This document shows, piece by piece, positions 36,689-50,176 of a DNA stretch of 64,000 nucleotides (position 1 is its first letter; each line of letters begins with the position of its first letter). The stretch comes from Ascidiella aspersa. Its lineage: Eukaryota. The stretch covers positions 28,272,001 to 28,336,000 of the forward strand of contig OZ004608.1 of the NCBI GenBank assembly GCA_963924565.1, in the 5' to 3' direction. Position numbers and translations under genes: made by a program. The notes under the pieces are model-generated. The model ran no database searches and was not told the DNA's origin. It saw nothing but the letters and a program-made list of their open reading frames with translations.

Positions 36689-39600
36689 ATGAAAAGACGT
36701 CTTGCTGAAATAATCCTTTTGGTTTCTGCAACAATCATTTCTGCAAGAGGTAACCTAATTGATTGCATTAAGTAAAAAAAATATTCTGATGCATTTATGT
36801 TTATACCAAAACATATTTACGTACGAAAGCAAGTTTCTAACGTTTACTTCACCTGCTTTTCACGTCGTGTTTTGTTATTTGAAAGACATGTCTAAAACGA
36901 AGCTGTGAACATAAATTTAAAATTTTGGCTGGAAGGACCGAAAAATCATAATTATCTCTTTTGCCATCATACATAATATTGTCGCGGGCTTTGCCTTGGG
37001 TTATTGCAATAGTTTTTTTTAAGATGCACTTTTTTTACTCTTTTTTGTCCATCTAGCAACAAATTATTTCAATTTTAAGAATTTGTTTGTTGGGAAATTT
37101 TATGAGTAGCGTAAGAATCTTTCTAGTTCTATGTGGCAGGTAGAATTGCAATGTTGGATAAAAGTTAGAGAAACATGTTTTGTATAGTATTCCAATGTTT
37201 AACGTAATTTTGTTGTGTTTTTCTTTTGCTTTTTGCTCAAACTTATATCTGAACATTCTAATCGCTTCTCTAAAGTGGTCGATATTACCGGAGATGAAAG
37301 GTATTCCCTGACGTTTTTTCAAGCATATCAGAAATGCGTCGAAAGGGGAGCTTCACTCGCTACAATAGAGGACCTTCACGATATCGCAAGAAGCGGGTTT
37401 GTAAAAAAAAACAAAAACACACTGGAGTTTGGGGAATAGTGCTTTGTTACAAAAAAATATCTCTCATTGATTTCTTTTTAAATTATCTAAATTAGGAAAA
37501 ATTAAATCTAGTTCGTACTGAAGATAGTTTATGAACGCTTATTCATTATAGTGGGATATAGTGATTAGTGACCAACTTCTCCAATATTTGCAGATGCTTA
37601 AACACGGTACAATCTATTGTTATATTATATAGCTGCAAACCAAACACAGCTGGTGGTTGATGGAAATATTTCATATACTAGACATAACATAAGTCCTATA
37701 GTAGGCTAACCACCAGTATAGTGGAATTAACAGTGGAAAACCTTTGTTTCTGGTTATCTAGGTATGTACAGTATCCAGGTATAAAAACTTAATATGCATG
37801 CGTACTGCTTATAAACAAATTACCTAAAATTACTGAATTAGGAAGGATCACTGCGCATGTGGCTGGATAGCCGACAGAACGGCAAGATATCCAATGAACT
37901 CAACTGATCCTGCTTGCGGAGGACGACCTGGTGTTCATAAATGCAATTGGGGTGATCGATATGACGCATACTGTTTTGAAGGTAAAATAACAAGTCGATT
38001 GATGTGTTTCGTAAAGCACAGTTAAGATGGATCAGGATTTTCGTAGTAGTTTAACGAATTTATAGGAGGTATATTCCATGCGAATTATTGGATCTTGATA
38101 TATGAGCTAACAGTGTAAAACCCAAATTGAAAAGAATTTTCGTACTACGGGAAAAAATGATGAGCATTATTTTAGCATAGTTAATCACGTAAAACATCAT
38201 TGCAAGTTTCTCGCGTTGATAAAATCATACGTCATATCTTCATGGCAAAATATTGTCGAGGTATATACCGGTACTAACACAACTCGATGCCGAGTTAGAG
38301 ATAGGCTTTTCTATATGCTAAATGACTTGATGTAAAACCATCTCGTTAGATAAGGTTGACATGAAAACAATCAGATACTATCAGATACTATACATTTAAC
38401 GGATCAATTGCGATGCGTCTACTTATGTAAGAGAATTGTGCAACACAAACTCCTGGGGTGCAGTGCAAAACATGTTTGCATTTCGTGTGTGAAATTTCCA
38501 TCAACAAATTGTTGCGGCAGTCTCATTACCTGATCCACACAGCTTTTATACTGTGATCCACGCAGGTTATATGCTCGGATTCATTTTAGTTGCTGGTTGA
38601 TTTCGGTATGCTAATCTAGATTTTTACAAGAATTTAGGTAGAAACTAATGGTTCCAAGATAATTTATCACTACTGGCTATTGGTCCACTATGACCAAATA
38701 TTTTCAACAATCTCGGGTGCCAATCTTTCACTTGCATTACACATTTTATACGATGTTCGAATAATACATAAACTTTACATGACTATATTTCTATAGGCGT
38801 TCGACTGTAAACTTATTTTAACACGATAACCCAACGCCTTACGGTAAAACTTTTTTTTTGCATAGTTGAAATATTCCAGCGTCGTGGTGTCATGTAGCTG
38901 CCTGTGTTAGTAAGTTAAGCCATCGCGCCAACGCAATACTCATTTCAAATCTACCCAGGAAAATACACCAGATGCAATAGGCCGCTAGGTATGGAGTCGG
39001 GTCAGATCGACGACAAACAACTGAGCGCCTCATCGGCCCATCACCAGTTTCCTTTCGGTCGCTGGGAACCGCATCTCGCTCGTTTAAACAGAAAGGGCTT
39101 GATCAACGGCTGGATGTCGCACCACGACGACACTGAACAATATTTGCAGGTGTTGAGATATTGTATAAAACATGTAATAAAACAGGTCTAAAAATGAAAG
39201 TGGATACTTAAGTTGGTGTAAGTCTTTGTCATGTTACCTCCTTGGAACTTTGGATATGTGGAGTTTGGGAAGGGGTTATCAGGGTAAAATTGGGGAGATA
39301 ACCGCTAAAGTTTCTAGCTTGGAACTTTTGGATGTCAGTTGATCGAATTGTCGCAAAAAAGAATAAAAATGGAAGAGGGGTAAACGTAATTTTTGTTGAA
39401 GACTTTTCTATATACTAAAAGACAGAATCGTTTACGTTAAAATATTAACAACTGTTTATTTAACAGATCAAGTTGAACACGCCGCATGCAATTACTGGTA
39501 TAATGACACAGGGCGTGCGAAGATTTTTGAAAAATCAATACGTGGAAATATATAAGATTCGCTTTAGCAAGGATGGTGACAATTGGTTCGATCAATACGA

Positions 39601-40666
39601 AGGAAGCATCATCAAGGTGATACATAAAATAACAGGGTAGGCCTAAGTGTATCCTATAGGTTTCAGGGTAAGGCATATTCAGGATTCAACAGTTTTACAT
39701 TATTTAGCCCTCTAACAAATATGGTACTTTATGCGTAACATTATTGCTGCAATGTCGCAAATATGGATGTCCAATACTTGACATTTTATTCCGATTTCGG
39801 TACTCGGTATCGGGTACCAAATTACGTTATTTCTAGCGGTGGGATTCAGCCGGTTCGCACCGGTTCTATAAAACCGTCTCACAAAATTTTATGTGAGTGT
39901 TGGACAAATATACCGACACTACCACTACCACATAGAATCGGGTATAGGCTCCGATCCGATATTATCGGGCATACCTATTAGACAAAATTATTTTGTAAAT
40001 CATCGGCTGTAACACGAGGCTTGAGCAAACCGACTCAGGGGGATCTACATAATATGTAATAGTGATTAATAGGCTACAAATGAATAGCTTCTTGGTTTAA
40101 CCACGAAAATATTCCGCTAATTGAAACAATAATTACGTAGATCTACTCATTTGTTTGTAAATCCAAATTTAAGGCGACATAAAGTATTGCACTGGTACAC
40201 CCTATTAAACCTGGGCTACGCTGGTTATTTCGCCTAAAATCTAGAAAAGGTCGCTTTATATGTGTTCACACGTCAAGATTAGAACGTACAAAAAAACAAA
40301 TTTTAACCGGCGGTGTTCCATCACAAAAATGCATATCCGAGATAAGCCCCTGCGCGAAAAACTAGACTTGTTTTTTCGGACTTGAATATACTGATCTTCG
40401 TGCAATACAGCTCCAAACAATTAGTCCATGTTGCCAAAGCCGAGTCAATCTATTCCCAGGTCTACAAAGGAAATACTGACGACGACACAGTGGTAAGAAA
40501 TATGTTCAGCACACCAATACGCGCCAAATACATCAGAATCCATCCACTTTCCTGGAGTGGACATATTTCACTCCGGGTTGAGCTGCTCGGTTGTACGCTG
40601 GAAGAGTTAGACGAAGCACAGAATTCAAAACTTGAAACGAGCGTATTTTCGTTGAACGACATCTAG
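36689..40666 (+). CDS. Secreted Link module + F5/8 type C protein, paralogue B; 6 exons
   Basis: Exons 36689-36749, 37276-37396, 37842-37981, 38959-39149, 39467-39616 and 40460-40666. Exon lengths and phases are identical to paralogue A, with the same motifs ([14 protein letters not shown]; [11 protein letters not shown]). Confidence 0.92.
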
Positions 40667-40675
40667 ACGTTAACC

Positions 40676-41009
40676 CAGGGGTTCTTAAACTTTTTTTACC
40701 GCGACTCCTAAAATTTTTGGGGGCTTACGTGGACCACTGTAGACAAGTTTTTGTTAAAACGTCACAAATTTACGTCACAATACAAATAGACTTCAAAAAT
40801 CTGCTGATTTCGGTCCAAAAATGTGAAAGTGACGTGGAGTCTTAACACAGTCAGTGTAAAACCGTTTTATTTTTAATTAAACTGTTTTCTTTGATAAATT
40901 AATTTACTTCGTAAATATACACTAATATTTCAATTAGGCGTGCATGGACCCCATAAAACTAGTTCACGGAACGCCAAGGGGTCCATTTACCCCAGTTTAA
41001 GAACCCCTG
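40676..41009. mobile_element. hAT MITE immediately 3' of the paralogue B stop codon
   Basis: TIR CAGGGGTTCTTAAAC; TSD CGTTAACC / CTTTAACC. Confidence 0.85.
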
Positions 41010-41530
41010 CTTTAACCAGTTGTGTGGATGCAGTCCAAAGACCGGAAATTATCGAATCTTGTTTTAATTGCTGTTGTTTTACATATAGGCCTAATCTCCA
41101 TTCTACATATATCTAAAAATGCCAAATGGAAATTTAAAAAATGTAGCCTAATTTTCGGAAACCAAAGTACGCTAGTAACGCTACATGGGTATAACTGTTT
41201 TAAAGGGCGCAGCTCGCTTTCGTTTATCTCATTTGCTTCGGCTCTATTTTCGTATATAATTTTCTCAAGTGTAATTGGTGTAGGTTAACTGCTTTCTGGT
41301 ACAAAATAAAATTTCGTGTAAATACTATTAAAAAACAAACCGGTCGTCATTTACTTGCCTTGTGAAGAAGAAATTTCGCGATGTTCACTGAGAGGTTGGC
41401 TTGTTCAGATTGTACAGCTAAAACGGGTCACGCATAACACCTTACGTTATTAAAACACTTTATTAGCATATTACGAAAAACATATAAATTAAGACCTTGC
41501 ATAAGTTAACAAGTAGTAAAAAAAGCTCCC

Positions 41531-41650
41531 GTGTACTGCGAATACTTAAGCGGAAGGTCAGTTAACAGGTAGATGTAGCTTGATAGAAACGTGTACTGCG
41601 AATACTTAAGCGGAAGGTTAGTTAACAGGTAGGTGTAGCTTGATAGAAAC
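41531..41650. repeat. 60-bp tandem duplication (2 copies)
   Basis: GTGTACTGCGAATACTTAAGCGGAAGG...TGATAGAAAC repeated with 2 mismatches. Confidence 0.95.
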
Positions 41651-42537
41651 GCATCAACATAGGATTGTAATCTTCGGCTTCTATACAAGCAGTAAAAGCG
41701 TTTTGAGAATAATAAACAGTGAAATGTTTTCAAGCGATCCGATTAAGTGTTTGTCAGTGTTATTAATACCATGCATGTACTGAAATCCATACGTGAAAAA
41801 TATTGTCGTGACAAAAGGATACAAAAAAGGAACTGCGGCCAATGGAGAAAAAAACAATAAATTATACGCGTATTATGTCAGAAGTGCTGTCACATAACTT
41901 CCGATTCTGCTTCTGCTAGATAGTTTTGCGCTTACAAGGTGGCGTGAGTAAAGTATTATCTTGTGTCATAAAAGGAGCCATAATTTAATATCCAAATTAG
42001 ATAATGTGACGCAAAAAATGTTGTGTAAGGCGAAGAAACGTAGAACAGCTGATCGAATTACGTTAAAACAATCCGTGTCTTAGTGATGATTTTAAACATT
42101 TGTTTATAAAAGTCCTCTTCTTTTCGATTAACAGAATATGTAGAATAGCTTTTAATAATAAATGTTTTATTTAAGATGAATATTGATGACACAATCTGCG
42201 CAGTGCTTTCTATAAAATAATTTTATCTCGATGCAAACAAATATTCAAGTGAATTCTAGCGGTCGGGATATAGGCTTGCATTGTGAAAAATCGAATTCCA
42301 TTATGCTCTGATTAAAAAAGGAATAAGTTGATGTGTAAAAGTGTTTTTAACATCAGCCCATATGTTTAAAGTCCGCAATACTTGCTTTAGTTTCAATATT
42401 TACATTTGAATTGCTTTCGTTTTTGCTCTTGCTATTATTTGTTTAAGTAAAGAAATATTGCGCTGGTCTAGAATCCTACCGTTTTGGCTGCGAGTTTGGG
42501 TTTGTGTGTCAGTCTGCATTCTGTGGTAGGTGCACAC

Positions 42538-43144
42538 TAGGGTTCCTCTTTTTCCCGGATTTTTTCACTCCCGGGAAACGGGATTGAAAAATGAAACTTC
42601 CCGGGAATCCCGGGATCCCGAAGAAAAAATTATACATAAAATTACGTCATTTTGAGGTTTGTATTTTTTTATTTTAGCTCCAAACTTTTAATTAAGCTCA
42701 TTTATGGGCGTTCTTTCACTTATGTACGTGTAAAGTTATGCAAAAAAACAAAAGAAAGAAATACCGCATACCACAACGCTTATTGTTTGGGTTAAGGTGC
42801 GGGTTAGCGTTTGGGTTAGGGTGGGTCAAGTATTATTATGTTTATTATTAATAATAACGCTTGACCCACCCTCACCCAAACGCTAACCCGCTTTCTATCA
42901 TGCGCATGCATGACGCATTTTTTGTTAGAATAAATTTAGTGTGGTTTTTCCGCTGGTAAGCTTAAATCAAACAACTCAGGCAATTTTTTTTTTCTTTATA
43001 TAGTCAAAACCGGCAATATTTTTAAAGTTTTGCTAGGTTGCCGAATACCCGGGATTACAAAAAAACATTCCCGGGATTCGGGATTGTTAATTCGCGGGAA
43101 ATCCTGGGAATTTCCCGTCGAAACATTCCCGGAGAGGAACCCTA
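42538..43144. mobile_element. hAT-like MITE with CCCGGGA subterminal repeats and a nested hairpin
   Basis: TIR TAGGGTTCCTCT / AGAGGAACCCTA; TSD GTGCACAC / GTGCACAG. Confidence 0.8.
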
Positions 43145-44085
43145 GTGCACAGTGCACACCCGATATTTTTTCTAAAGAAATTTGTGTGGACATCTGAATT
43201 GCAAAAATATATCTATTATAAGTTAAATAGCTTCATAGTTTTGCATGACCTCCCTGGCCTGTTTTAGAGCAAAGGTAATCACATATTTAGAGAAGTGGTA
43301 ATCACAGTACGGGTAAAAATCGTTTTAACAGAGCTCATTTGAATTTGCCAAAAAATGGACTGTTGTAAATTTATCTATACATATTTCCTTTTTTTAGAAT
43401 TGATCCTATACCAACACAGAGGTCTGTATTATGTGGCAGTTGCACACAAGATATTTTTTTGAAATCAATTTGTGTGCACACTTGGATTAGAAAATGTTAA
43501 ATGCTAGAACTTTAGGTGTGCACGAAACCTTATTGCACAGCTTTGTGCACATTCTAGATCTTGGTGTTAACTGCCATTAAATGCAGATTGGCAAACATTA
43601 ATTATGAAAAATTGTGGCATCATACACATTTATTTGTCTTCGTTTTATGAAACTGAATTATTGCTTCATAATCAGTTTTTCTGTTATTAGAGCAGAATAG
43701 TTTAGTATAGGTCACAGAGTATAATGCCATCGAATCATATTACTGTTTGCTTATAATTGAACTTACTAAAAACTAAAACATATCACATACTAGTTATCGG
43801 AGTCTGGGTTTGCGATATCTTTACAACACTAATTTTTAGGTTGCCATTATAAAAGTCTGTGAACCACTGATTTAAAGTGATGTAAAGTGCAATATGCTTG
43901 TTTTCCTAGGTGTTAATGCTCCATTTATTTTGTGAATATTCTTATGCCATGCAGATTAATGTTAACTTATTTTAACTGTAATAATTTTTTGTGCATTAAG
44001 TTTTTATTTAATATATAGTCTATTTTTACTTTTACAGTTATACACATCTTTACTATTTATAATCGCTTTTGCACATTTAGTTAAA

Positions 44086-47000
44086 ATGGCTTTGGTGTAT
44101 GATAATCTTCGGTTGCATATAACCAATGAATCCTTTTATATTGAGTCGCTTCATGCTGGCTCAAAAGATGTGCTCGTTTTGGATCGAATCAACTTCGATA
44201 TAAATCTTCGCTCAAACCGAGAAGACATTCCCCCTTCACTTGCTGAAAGCAAGGTAAGTTTTGCGCATCAAGTTGTATAACATGTGTACAAATAGTAGGA
44301 TTTTAACCAAACAGAAAAACCATTAGATATGTGATTTAGTCAAATTTTGCTGTGTTATTTTGAATCCAACTACACTGAAATTCATATATCTTTTCAGTTG
44401 ATCTATGGTATTTTTGGTATTATACGATTGGTTGGCGGACCCTATTTAATTGTTATTACCGGGCGTGAGCGTGTTGGTGACATTTTGGGCCACACAATTT
44501 GGAAAGTGACACAAACTGAAGTTATCCCTTACAGAAAGTCACTTCTCAACTTGAATGAAGCCCAGGTATGTGAAATGTACAGTGAAATTTTTTGGCAAAC
44601 CAAACTGTTTGTTAACATAATGTTATTAATGCTTATTGTTTCTGCCTAAATTTAGACTGCAGACAACAACACCTATTTGTCTATGTTGGAATTTTCTCTT
44701 GCGACTGATAGTTACTACTTTTCGTCAAGTTTTGACATCACCCATTCAATGCAGCGCCTGGGTTCTGCTGAACCTGGCTTTCTCTCAGAACCACTTTGCA
44801 CTAGGGCTGACCAAAGGTAAAAATATTGTTTTTAAAAGGGTAATATAAATAGAAAGTAATTCTAATACACATGTGTTGTCTATTATGTTCCCATGGTAGT
44901 ATAATTAGCTGCCAGTGTAATAACATGAACCATATTTATTTTATTAATGGCTTATAATAAAAGATTTACACCGAAACAACCAGCATAATAGCATTTTAAA
45001 ATTCAATTCTGTACATTTGTGTTACAGTTGGTATATATTATAATACCATGTTGAATAGTAGGAAGGAAACTGTAGGCTGCCAAGGGTTACCATTGCAATA
45101 GAATATTTGAATGCCTTTACTAGTCTTTGAATTGATTTGCACATTAGAAAGTCTTTGCAAAACCCTTTGTTTTTTTTCCAAAATTTTTCCCATTGATTTG
45201 ATCTGCAGCTTTAGTGATGTGTCAGTTCAGTTATACGTTTAGTAAAACAGTTTTTTTAAACTATGCTAAAAATGATTAAAGAGTTATTCAAAACGTTCAA
45301 AATAATACCTACTTCTCTATGGGCTTTGATATTCCTAAATTACGACCTACTACAACATCAAATTATTATATGCAAGTTTTTTGAAACTATTCATTATTGT
45401 GTTAATCTTGTCCTAAATACTCTTACTTTTCTTTTTCTTCCAAAGGTTCGTGTGGAACCGGCACGCGCTGCGCGAGTTCATCGACCGGCCCGAGCTCGAG
45501 CGCTTCACGCTGCCCGTCATGCTCGGCTTCATCTCGGTGACGTCATGCTTCGTCCAAGGTCGAACATTCGACCTTGCCCTCGTGTCGCGACGCAGCGCGC
45601 TGCGCGCCGGCACGCGTTACTTCGTACGGGGCCTGGACCGTGGCGGCGAGGCGGCCAACTTCGTGGAGACCGAGCAGGTGGCGATCTACGCTCGGCACAT
45701 TTGCGCCCTTGTGCAGACGCGTGGCTCCATCCCGCTCATCTGGTCGCAGCGGCCAAATTTGAGGTGAGCAGGGTGTTGGGTTGGGGAAGGGGTCACCAAA
45801 CTACGGCCCGCGGAACAAGTCCGTCCCGCCGGTTCAATTAATGCGATCCGCGCCATATTTCCTTATGAAGATGAAGTACAGTTGAAATGCTGTGGCATGC
45901 GGTTTAAACTAATTAAGTTCGGAAAAAAACTTTGTTTATTAGTCGCCTTATTGACCCCTTATGCATTTTTATTGTGTTAAATTTTCTTAAATTCCCAATT
46001 CAGCAAAGTACCAGTCTAGCATACAAATAATACTTTTACGTAATTTGGGTTACTTATACGAACGTTTACAGTTATATCATACAGACCACAGTTCGTTAAA
46101 ACGAAACCTATTGTACCATTAGAATTGCGAGTCGCAACTTTTTTTTCACATGTTGCCTAAAAGCAACAAAAGTATTGAATACCAAAAGTTAACTCTTTAC
46201 TCCACTCATAAATTCACCATTTCATCGGGCATTTAGTGACGCCATATTTAACGGAAAAACACCACTATCCATGTAATATCAATGTGCGCGCTAACTTTAG
46301 TATTTTTTGTTGATATGTAGAACTGGTGTTTAAATGATCGTAGGCGACTTTTGTGTATTGGTTTTTAGATATAAGCCTCAGCTTGTTCTAAACGACGACT
46401 CCTCGCAAACGCTGAAATCCTACAATCAGCACTTCGATTCTCAAATCGTGATGTACGGAAAACAGGTATGGAACTATTCAAGTTAAAAAATATTACATGA
46501 TATGCAAATTCAAAGGCTTTGTTAGAGGTTGTTAAACTCGGAGAGGGTGGCATCCACATGCTTTGGGGTAGCGTTTATCAACTTTAAACATTTATCATAT
46601 TTTCTTTTTTTATTATCATGGCTAGGGATCGACCAATATCATTTTTTTGACTGTACAGATAACCTAATTGTTTTTTCCAATCGATACCGGATACTGACAA
46701 ACGATTTTTATATACCTGTAATATATAGTATTAATTGTAACTAATTGAACCCATAAATACAAATTACCTTCACTGTGAACACCAGAAACCAAACACTATG
46801 GTAAATCATACAAAAATTCAAAACAAACGACAAATTCAAATGTTTGAATATTAGGAAATTTGGTATAGTAAAATGTCGGCCCAAATTTACCTATTCATAT
46901 ATATATCGCCAAAAGTGGAAAGTCGACGTATGCTCTATCAACCTACCTCAATCACATGTCTCTAATCTATGAAAAGATTTTAGGGTGCAAATAAACGTCT

Positions 47001-50000
47001 TGGTCACTTAACAGGTCGCCATCAACCTGGTCAACCACAAGGGTAGCGAGCTGACCCTAGCCAGCGCCTTCCTGGACAAGGTCAACCAAGCCAAGAACCA
47101 GGACGTGACTTACGAGGCGTTCGACTTCCACCACGAGTGCGGAATGTCGCGCTGGGACCGACTTAGTATCCTCATGGATCGCATTGCACTCGATCAGGAC
47201 CAGTTTGGCTATTTCATGCAGGTGTGTCTCATTGGAAATCAGTTTGCTCGCAAAGATTACAAGTCGCGCAATTAAAATCAATAAGGGCAGTGCTGTAAAT
47301 TTTGAAATGACTTACGTCGCAGCAAGTCTTTTCCAGCAGTCTAAGTCATCAGTTACCGATTTCAAGTCCCAGTCTAGTCATTGTTAGACCAAGTCAGCTC
47401 CAAGTTAAATTACTTATATCTCAATAAAACGACAAACCTTTAAAATTAGTAAACTCGTCCGATTTGAACCAATAAAAAAAACATAAAAGCGTGGTTAATC
47501 GTCCCCAAAAGGAGGTAACCTGGCGCTTTTCAAGTAAATAATTTAGTTTTGAGATGATCTCGTTGACCGCAAAATAACAAAAAACGCTACCAGCCTTTTA
47601 ATTTATTTAAATGTTTAAACTGGTATCGTAATTTGTATTTCATGAGTTATTTTATAATTACTTGATTGTGCTCTGTTGCAATTTGTTACGTTAAAAAATA
47701 TTAGTGAAATTTAGTGAGTTTTTTTTAGAGGAATGCCTATGCTAAAGTGTTTTAAAGGCACCTTTTTAAGTAAAATATTAGCATTTCGAAAGATACATGT
47801 CGGATCAGGCATTTTTAACGCCTTATACTCTTATAATAGTCAAATACTTTCGAAAAATAGCAATTTTATCTTACTTTATGTTGTGAGGAAAACATAGCAA
47901 GGTTTTGATGTTTGACTAAAATTTAATTTGATTTAGGACCGCGACGGCACCGTGTTCATGAAACAATCTGGCGTCTTCCGTACGAATTGCCTGGACTGTT
48001 TGGATCGCACCAACGTGGTCCAGTCTCTCATCGCCCGCAAAACGCTCACCAAGCAACTTACGCAAATGGGCATTTTCCCTCCTGGCCACACCATTGAACA
48101 AGAGGTACGTGCTTGTATGTTGATTACAGCCATATTTTTGTTCGTGTTTTCAAACGCGGTGTTTTCAATTCATGGGTCGCGCCTTCAAAAAGGGGTCGCC
48201 GACTGCAGTGTTTTTTTATATATTATGTTTGGCCTGTTTGAGTTTATATTATGTTTGGCCTGTTTGAATTTGATTTTCTTCAACGCAAAATGCTGAAGCA
48301 ATACGTAAAAATGGCTTATATGAAATAAATTGAAACTTATTTCTGCCATCCTTTCGAAAATGATTACAATAATATTTTAAGATACACATAACGTAATATG
48401 TTGTTTTTCTTACTATTTTGTCTGCTCGACTACAATATGACCGGTATCGGGTCTAATCACTACTTCTAAGTTATTTCTAAGTTTTATTTCTAAGTATTCC
48501 TTCTAAGTTATTTCTAAGTTTTATTTCTAAGTTTTATTTCTAAGTATTCCTTCTAAGTTATTCTGTATGATTGAAATGTTGCTAGTGTTAAAAATATTTA
48601 ATGTTATGATCACAAATAGGGTGGAAACTAAACAAAATTTTAAGAATTACTGAAGTTGGTATAGATTAAATACAACAAATTATCGTCTAGGTTTCTGATC
48701 TTAAAATTAACCAATCGTCAGGTTTTTTATAGTCAATCCTAAAGATATAAACGCTCACAGTTGAATTAATGCCCCGAAACAGCCGATATGCCATGGGAGA
48801 ATTTTGAAGTAAATTATTTAAAAAGGTTAAAATAATGCTAACTTACTGCAAAAAACGTTTTTTTAACGTCACAATAAAACTGCTAAGTAAAACAAGGCAG
48901 CAAAGAAAAAAAAAGTTGGATGAAAGTGTCCTGCAAGCCTGACGACGTTTTTGTCGCTGGTACCCAACCCGCTTGCCTTTTTTTCAGGCCGACTTGGACT
49001 TCCTGCTGAAGCAGATATGGGCCGATAATGCCGACTACTGCTCGCGACAATACGCCGGCACCGGTGCGCTCAAGACCGACTTTACCAGGACTGGAAAACG
49101 CACCAAGATGGGACTGCTCCGTGACGGAGTCAACTCGGCCGTTCGCTATTACAAGAACAACTTCGCCGACGGGTTTCGCCAGGTATACTTGCTACCCCAC
49201 CGCCGTCAGTGCTTTTGTCTTGTAAAGGCTGTACCATCCCATGTTTGTGACTGTAATTGCTGATTGTTTTGTAACGAACGATGCTTCGTTCGTGTCCAGA
49301 CACAACGATATGTACTGTGAAAAAATAAGCTAATATCTAAAACTATTTCTAAAGAAGTGTAATTATGGCGCGTAAGACCAGGCTAAAAAATGTCTTTGTT
49401 GTTGGTAAAATTTTATCACTTTTATCACTTTCCACACTTAAACCAATATTTTTCGGAAAATAAATAAATCAGTTTCTTCCAGAATCCAATCTTTTTACGT
49501 TATACTAACTACAACTAATATGCATTACATATTTCCGTTTTGTACACCTTAACTCTATTTCAAGAAAGAAAAGTATTGTTTCTCTGACGAAAGTAACGCG
49601 ATAACTTTTAAACCGTCTATTTGAAAAGGCGAATAGAAAGCTTCTTAACTACTGTTTTTAATATTTTCCAGCATTTATGCTGGAGTCTATAGTTAGACGT
49701 AGAATAAATGTCGAAGCCCATACATAAGTGGGTAGATTTTGTAAACGTCTCAATTATAGCTATTCTGAAAACGAATGTAGAGCTATTTGAAAGTGCTACC
49801 TACCCTATATAAAGGCTGTGATATATCATTCTACGTCTTTAACTGTCGATATTCGCATTGCAAACATTTTCACGTCATTCAGGACTCCATCGACCTGTTG
49901 CTTGGCAACTACGTTGTGAGCGGGGACGGCGCCCAATCGTCTCCCTTCCCATCGCGAGAGCAGCGTCGCCGTCCGATGATCCTCTTCCTCACCTACCTCG

Positions 50001-50176
50001 CGTTCTCGCTCTTCGTCATATTTGCCCTGATCCCTGCATCCGGATTCGGGGAGCAGATGAGCTACGTGCTCCTCTGGGCAGGCGCCACCTTCATCATGTG
50101 CCTCTACCTTCTGCGTAACGGAATCGACTTCGTCAACTACCCGAGTCTCGTGCACGTCAAAGAGAAGGAGGAGTGA
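44086..50176 (+). CDS. SACM1L: Phosphatidylinositol-4-phosphate phosphatase SAC1; 9 exons
   Basis: Exons 44086-44253, 44398-44565, 44656-44816, 45446-45763, 46369-46465, 47015-47221, 47937-48104, 48988-49182 and 49883-50176. Motifs [32 protein letters not shown], catalytic [15 protein letters not shown] (CX5R), [19 protein letters not shown], two C-terminal TM helices and a di-lysine-type KEKEE end. Confidence 0.96.
48463..48561. repeat. Low-complexity TTCTAAGT-based minisatellite in a SAC1 intron
   Basis: Repeated TTCTAAGTT(TT)ATT / TTCTAAGTATTCC units. Confidence 0.85.

Noticed and set aside
41531-41650. CRISPR-like array
   Set aside because: A simple two-copy tandem duplication with no spacers, in eukaryotic DNA.
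45263-45841. 192-aa Arg/Ala-rich ORF and antisense ORFs over SAC1 exons
   Set aside because: Alternative-frame by-products of GC-rich SAC1 exon 4; the same applies to 49826-50155 and, for OST-alpha, 25420-25746.
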